Origin: Dehalococcoidales bacterium
Lineage (GTDB): Bacteria; Chloroflexota; Dehalococcoidia; Dehalococcoidales; UBA2162
Direction of reading: 5' to 3'
Assembly (NCBI GenBank): GCA_030690265.1
Contig: JAUYHA010000109.1
Span: 368-64,367, forward strand
DNA length: 64,000 bases
Each line of letters begins with the position of its first letter. The first letter of the stretch is position 1. Under the pieces are notes generated by a model. That model saw nothing but the letters and a program-made list of their open reading frames with translations. It made no database searches and was not told where the DNA came from. Shown here piece after piece: positions 61,965 to 64,000 of this stretch. Position numbers and translations under genes: made by a program.

Positions 61965-61998
61965 CCCAAGACCGGACCGTGGAGAGTCCGGTCTTGGG
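61965..61998. repeat. Perfect 13-bp GC-rich hairpin (cccaagaccggac / gtccggtcttggg)
   Basis: Read directly from the sequence. Lies in the Lrp / SBP divergent intergenic region. No U-tract on either side. Confidence 0.6.
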
Positions 61999-62121
61999 TG
62001 CCATGGTAAGGTAAACTGTTGTTAAAAAGGGATAAAGAAAGATTTTTGTAATGACGAGACATGATGTGAAAGGAAATAATGGCATAGGTGTGTCAAATAT
62101 TAAAGCGAAGGAGGGAAACAA

Positions 62122-64000
62122 ATGAAAAGGGAAATTATTTGGGTGGTGGTGAGTGGCTTGATGGTGCTATCCCTAGTGGCAACCGCCTGCGCTCCGGCAG
62201 TCGTGGAGCAGCCTAAGGTTGAGCAGCCAAAGGTAGAGACACCAAAAGTGGTAGAAGAGCCAAAGGTGACTGAGCCGACGGTTGAGAAACCAAGGTATGG
62301 CGGGGTGCTCAGGGTTGTTCAGACAGATGATACAACCTCCTGGGATGATATTGTTGGCTCTACTCATTCCGGTCGACCCAAAATGCTAACTAACGAGCCG
62401 CTCACTAGTGGCGACTGGGCTAAAGGACCCGCCGGCGGCTACGGCAGCAACGAGACTGACTGGGTGGAGAGGGGCCTGGCTTTTGAAAATAATCTCAGAG
62501 GTGGCTACCTGGCGGAAAGCTGGGAGTTCCCCAAGAGTATGGAGGGAGACAAAGCCACCCTCATCTTTCATATCCGCAAAGGGGTGAACTTTGCTCTCAA
62601 CCCGGAGAGCGAAGCCAGCCGTCTGGTCGGCGGGCGGGAAATGACCGTTGATGACATCCTCTACAACTTGAACCTGCAGATTACCGACACCCGGTCTTTC
62701 GTTTACCGGACCAACCCCGAGCTACTGGATGCCAAAATAACCTCCCCGGCGCCGTGGACGATTCAGATTGAAGTCAAATGGGAAGCCTTTGAGTCAGCCG
62801 TAACCCGCTTTGGCGGTCATGTCCACACTTTCCCAAAGGAAGTGTATGAAAAATGGGGACCTCTTGCTTTCACTGATTGGAAGAAATCTGTCGGCACCGG
62901 TCCCTTCATACTTAAAAACAATGTCCCTGGCAGTTCCGCGACTCTGGTGAGGAACCCCAGCTATTGGATGAAGAATCCCGTTGGTCCGGGCAAGGGCGAC
63001 CAGCTACCCTATCTGGACGGGGTGAAGTATTTTATCATCCCTGACAAATCTACTCGAGTGGCGGCCCTGCGCACCGGGCAGGTTGATGTGCTCGCCGAAA
63101 AGGACTACCTTGCCTGGGAAGAGGGCCTCATCCTGCAACAGACGGCGCTGGACTGGATGACGGTGCAGGCATATAATCAAAGGACGGGAGGAGGACGCCC
63201 GGTTCAGATGAACTTAACCAAAGCACCCTACAACGATATCCGGGTGCGGCGGGCACTGTTTATGGCTATTGATTTTGAGACCATCAATGAGCACTTATAC
63301 GACGGCCGGGGCTTCATCTACTCCCAGCCAATACCTGACCCTATGGATTTTCCTGCTGCCTACTTCGGACCCGACCCGAAAACGGGCGCTTGGCCCTCGG
63401 ACACTCCCCAGTCGGTGAAGGAGATTTTCACCTACAGCCCGGAGAAGGCAAAACAGCTCCTCGCCGAAGCCGGCTACCCCCAGGGCTTCAAGTCCACCCT
63501 GACAATCAGTAACGATGACGAGACAATTGACTACTTCTCGATATATGTGGATTACTGGCGGAAGATAGACGTTGAGGTCGAGCTTAAACCTATGGAGAGT
63601 GCTGCCTTAACTACCTTTCAGAGAAGTGGGGCGAACGATGCCATGGCCCAGATGACCTCCGCATCCAGGGCTCGTTCTTACGAACTGCAATTCTGGACGG
63701 GACACGCTGGCTATAACACGATGGGAGCGGACCCCGAACAGCTGGCAGTAGCTAATGAGGCATTTGGGAAAGTACAGAGCGCTCTCTTCTTTGATAAACC
63801 GGAAGCTGACCGTGTCTGGCGGGAGTTGAACAAGTATGCTATGGACCATGTCTGGGGCATCAATGTGATTGCCAAGCCGCAATGGTTTACCTGGCCGGCC
63901 TGGTTAAAGAACTATAGCGGTGAGAGAATGGTGAGTTTTGGCGTTGCCAAAGACTTCTATCGCTGGCTCTGGATTGACCAGGAGCTGAAGAGGAGCCTGG
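62122..64000 (+). CDS. Family-5 (Opp/Dpp/Nik-type) ABC transporter substrate-binding lipoprotein, 3' end outside window
   Basis: AAGGAGGG plus 6 nt plus ATG. Signal MKREIIWVVVSGLMVLSLVATAC with a Cys lipobox. An (E/T)xPKV tandem linker follows. RYGGVLRV..., GTGPF, PYLDGV, and RTGQVDV motifs. The frame is open to base 64000, which explains its absence from the ORF track. Confidence 0.85.
   Translation, partial: MKREIIWVVVSGLMVLSLVATACAPAVVEQPKVEQPKVETPKVVEEPKVTEPTVEKPRYGGVLRVVQTDDTTSWDDIVGSTHSGRPKMLTNEPLTSGDWAKGPAGGYGSNETDWVERGLAFENNLRGGYLAESWEFPKSMEGDKATLIFHIRKGVNFALNPESEASRLVGGREMTVDDILYNLNLQITDTRSFVYRTNPELLDAKITSPAPWTIQIEVKWEAFESAVTRFGGHVHTFPKEVYEKWGPLAFTDWKKSVGTGPFILKNNVPGSSATLVRNPSYWMKNPVGPGKGDQLPYLDGVKYFIIPDKSTRVAALRTGQVDVLAEKDYLAWEEGLILQQTALDWMTVQAYNQRTGGGRPVQMNLTKAPYNDIRVRRALFMAIDFETINEHLYDGRGFIYSQPIPDPMDFPAAYFGPDPKTGAWPSDTPQSVKEIFTYSPEKAKQLLAEAGYPQGFKSTLTISNDDETIDYFSIYVDYWRKIDVEVELKPMESAALTTFQRSGANDAMAQMTSASRARSYELQFWTGHAGYNTMGADPEQLAVANEAFGKVQSALFFDKPEADRVWRELNKYAMDHVWGINVIAKPQWFTWPAWLKNYSGERMVSFGVAKDFYRWLWIDQELKRSL

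Noticed and set aside
1-64000. Scan for rRNA, tRNA, CRISPR arrays, transposases, integrases, IS inverted repeats and prophage genes
   Set aside because: I recognised none by eye. There are no T-loop GTTCGAATC-type cloverleaf candidates, no regularly spaced repeats, and no DDE or tyrosine-recombinase ORFs. The scan was visual only; tRNAscan-SE, Infernal and ISfinder searches would be decisive.

Overview
The window looks like bacterial chromosome: GGAGG Shine-Dalgarno sites, sigma70-type -35/-10 boxes, hairpin terminators, and OmpR/NarL two-component systems. Gene content is reminiscent of an uncultured anaerobic lineage such as Chloroflexota, but the taxon cannot be established from sequence alone. 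I count roughly 60 protein-coding genes. I saw no rRNA, tRNA, CRISPR array, transposase or integrase.

Layout:
- (i) 0.7-22.5 kb: a visibly AT-richer surface-glycan locus. It holds a complete WbpA/B/E/D/I-type UDP-2,3-diacetamido-mannuronate gene set with a fused acetyltransferase-dehydrogenase, extra DegT, PIG-L and WbqC genes, a GT2, a Wzx flippase, a large polytopic membrane protein, a tandem DUF354 pair, DUF1616, a DUF2341/LamG surface protein and glmS. Two paralogous small excisionase-type HTH genes bracket part of it.
- (ii) 24.3-29.9 kb: a tightly coupled operon encoding a KamA-type 2,3-aminomutase, two Ddl-like ATP-grasp ligases and a GNAT. It is preceded by an SRPBCC gene and two small unknown ORFs (one with C2H2 zinc-finger spacing). 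It faces a wHTH regulator gene and is followed by a deacetylase gene remnant.
- (iii) 31.7-35.8 kb: two paralogous Cys-rich DUF1540 genes wired into an OmpR-type regulator, a Crp-HTH/RAM fusion, a CheY receiver and a PAS kinase.
- (iv) 36.1-38.9 kb: a PaaK-like CoA ligase plus a UbiD-family decarboxylase.
- (v) 39.4-50.1 kb: a redox/metal block with a NarL-type TCS, a dihaem cytochrome c, SOD, CsoR-CopA, and an NrfC/NrfD/trihaem-cytochrome module.
- (vi) 50.6-57.1 kb: housekeeping genes folC, a CPA2 antiporter, argC, corA and an MscS-like channel.
- (vii) 57.4-61.4 kb: a decayed SNF2 helicase, an orphan ParA with a coiled-coil partner, and an amidohydrolase remnant.
- (viii) 61.4-64.0 kb: an Lrp regulator and a 3'-truncated family-5 ABC substrate-binding protein.

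The best candidate for an undescribed system is the KamA/ATP-grasp/ATP-grasp/GNAT operon. Next are the DUF1540-centred signalling cluster and the archaeal-flavoured glycan locus. All functional calls rest on motif recognition by eye; no database search was possible.
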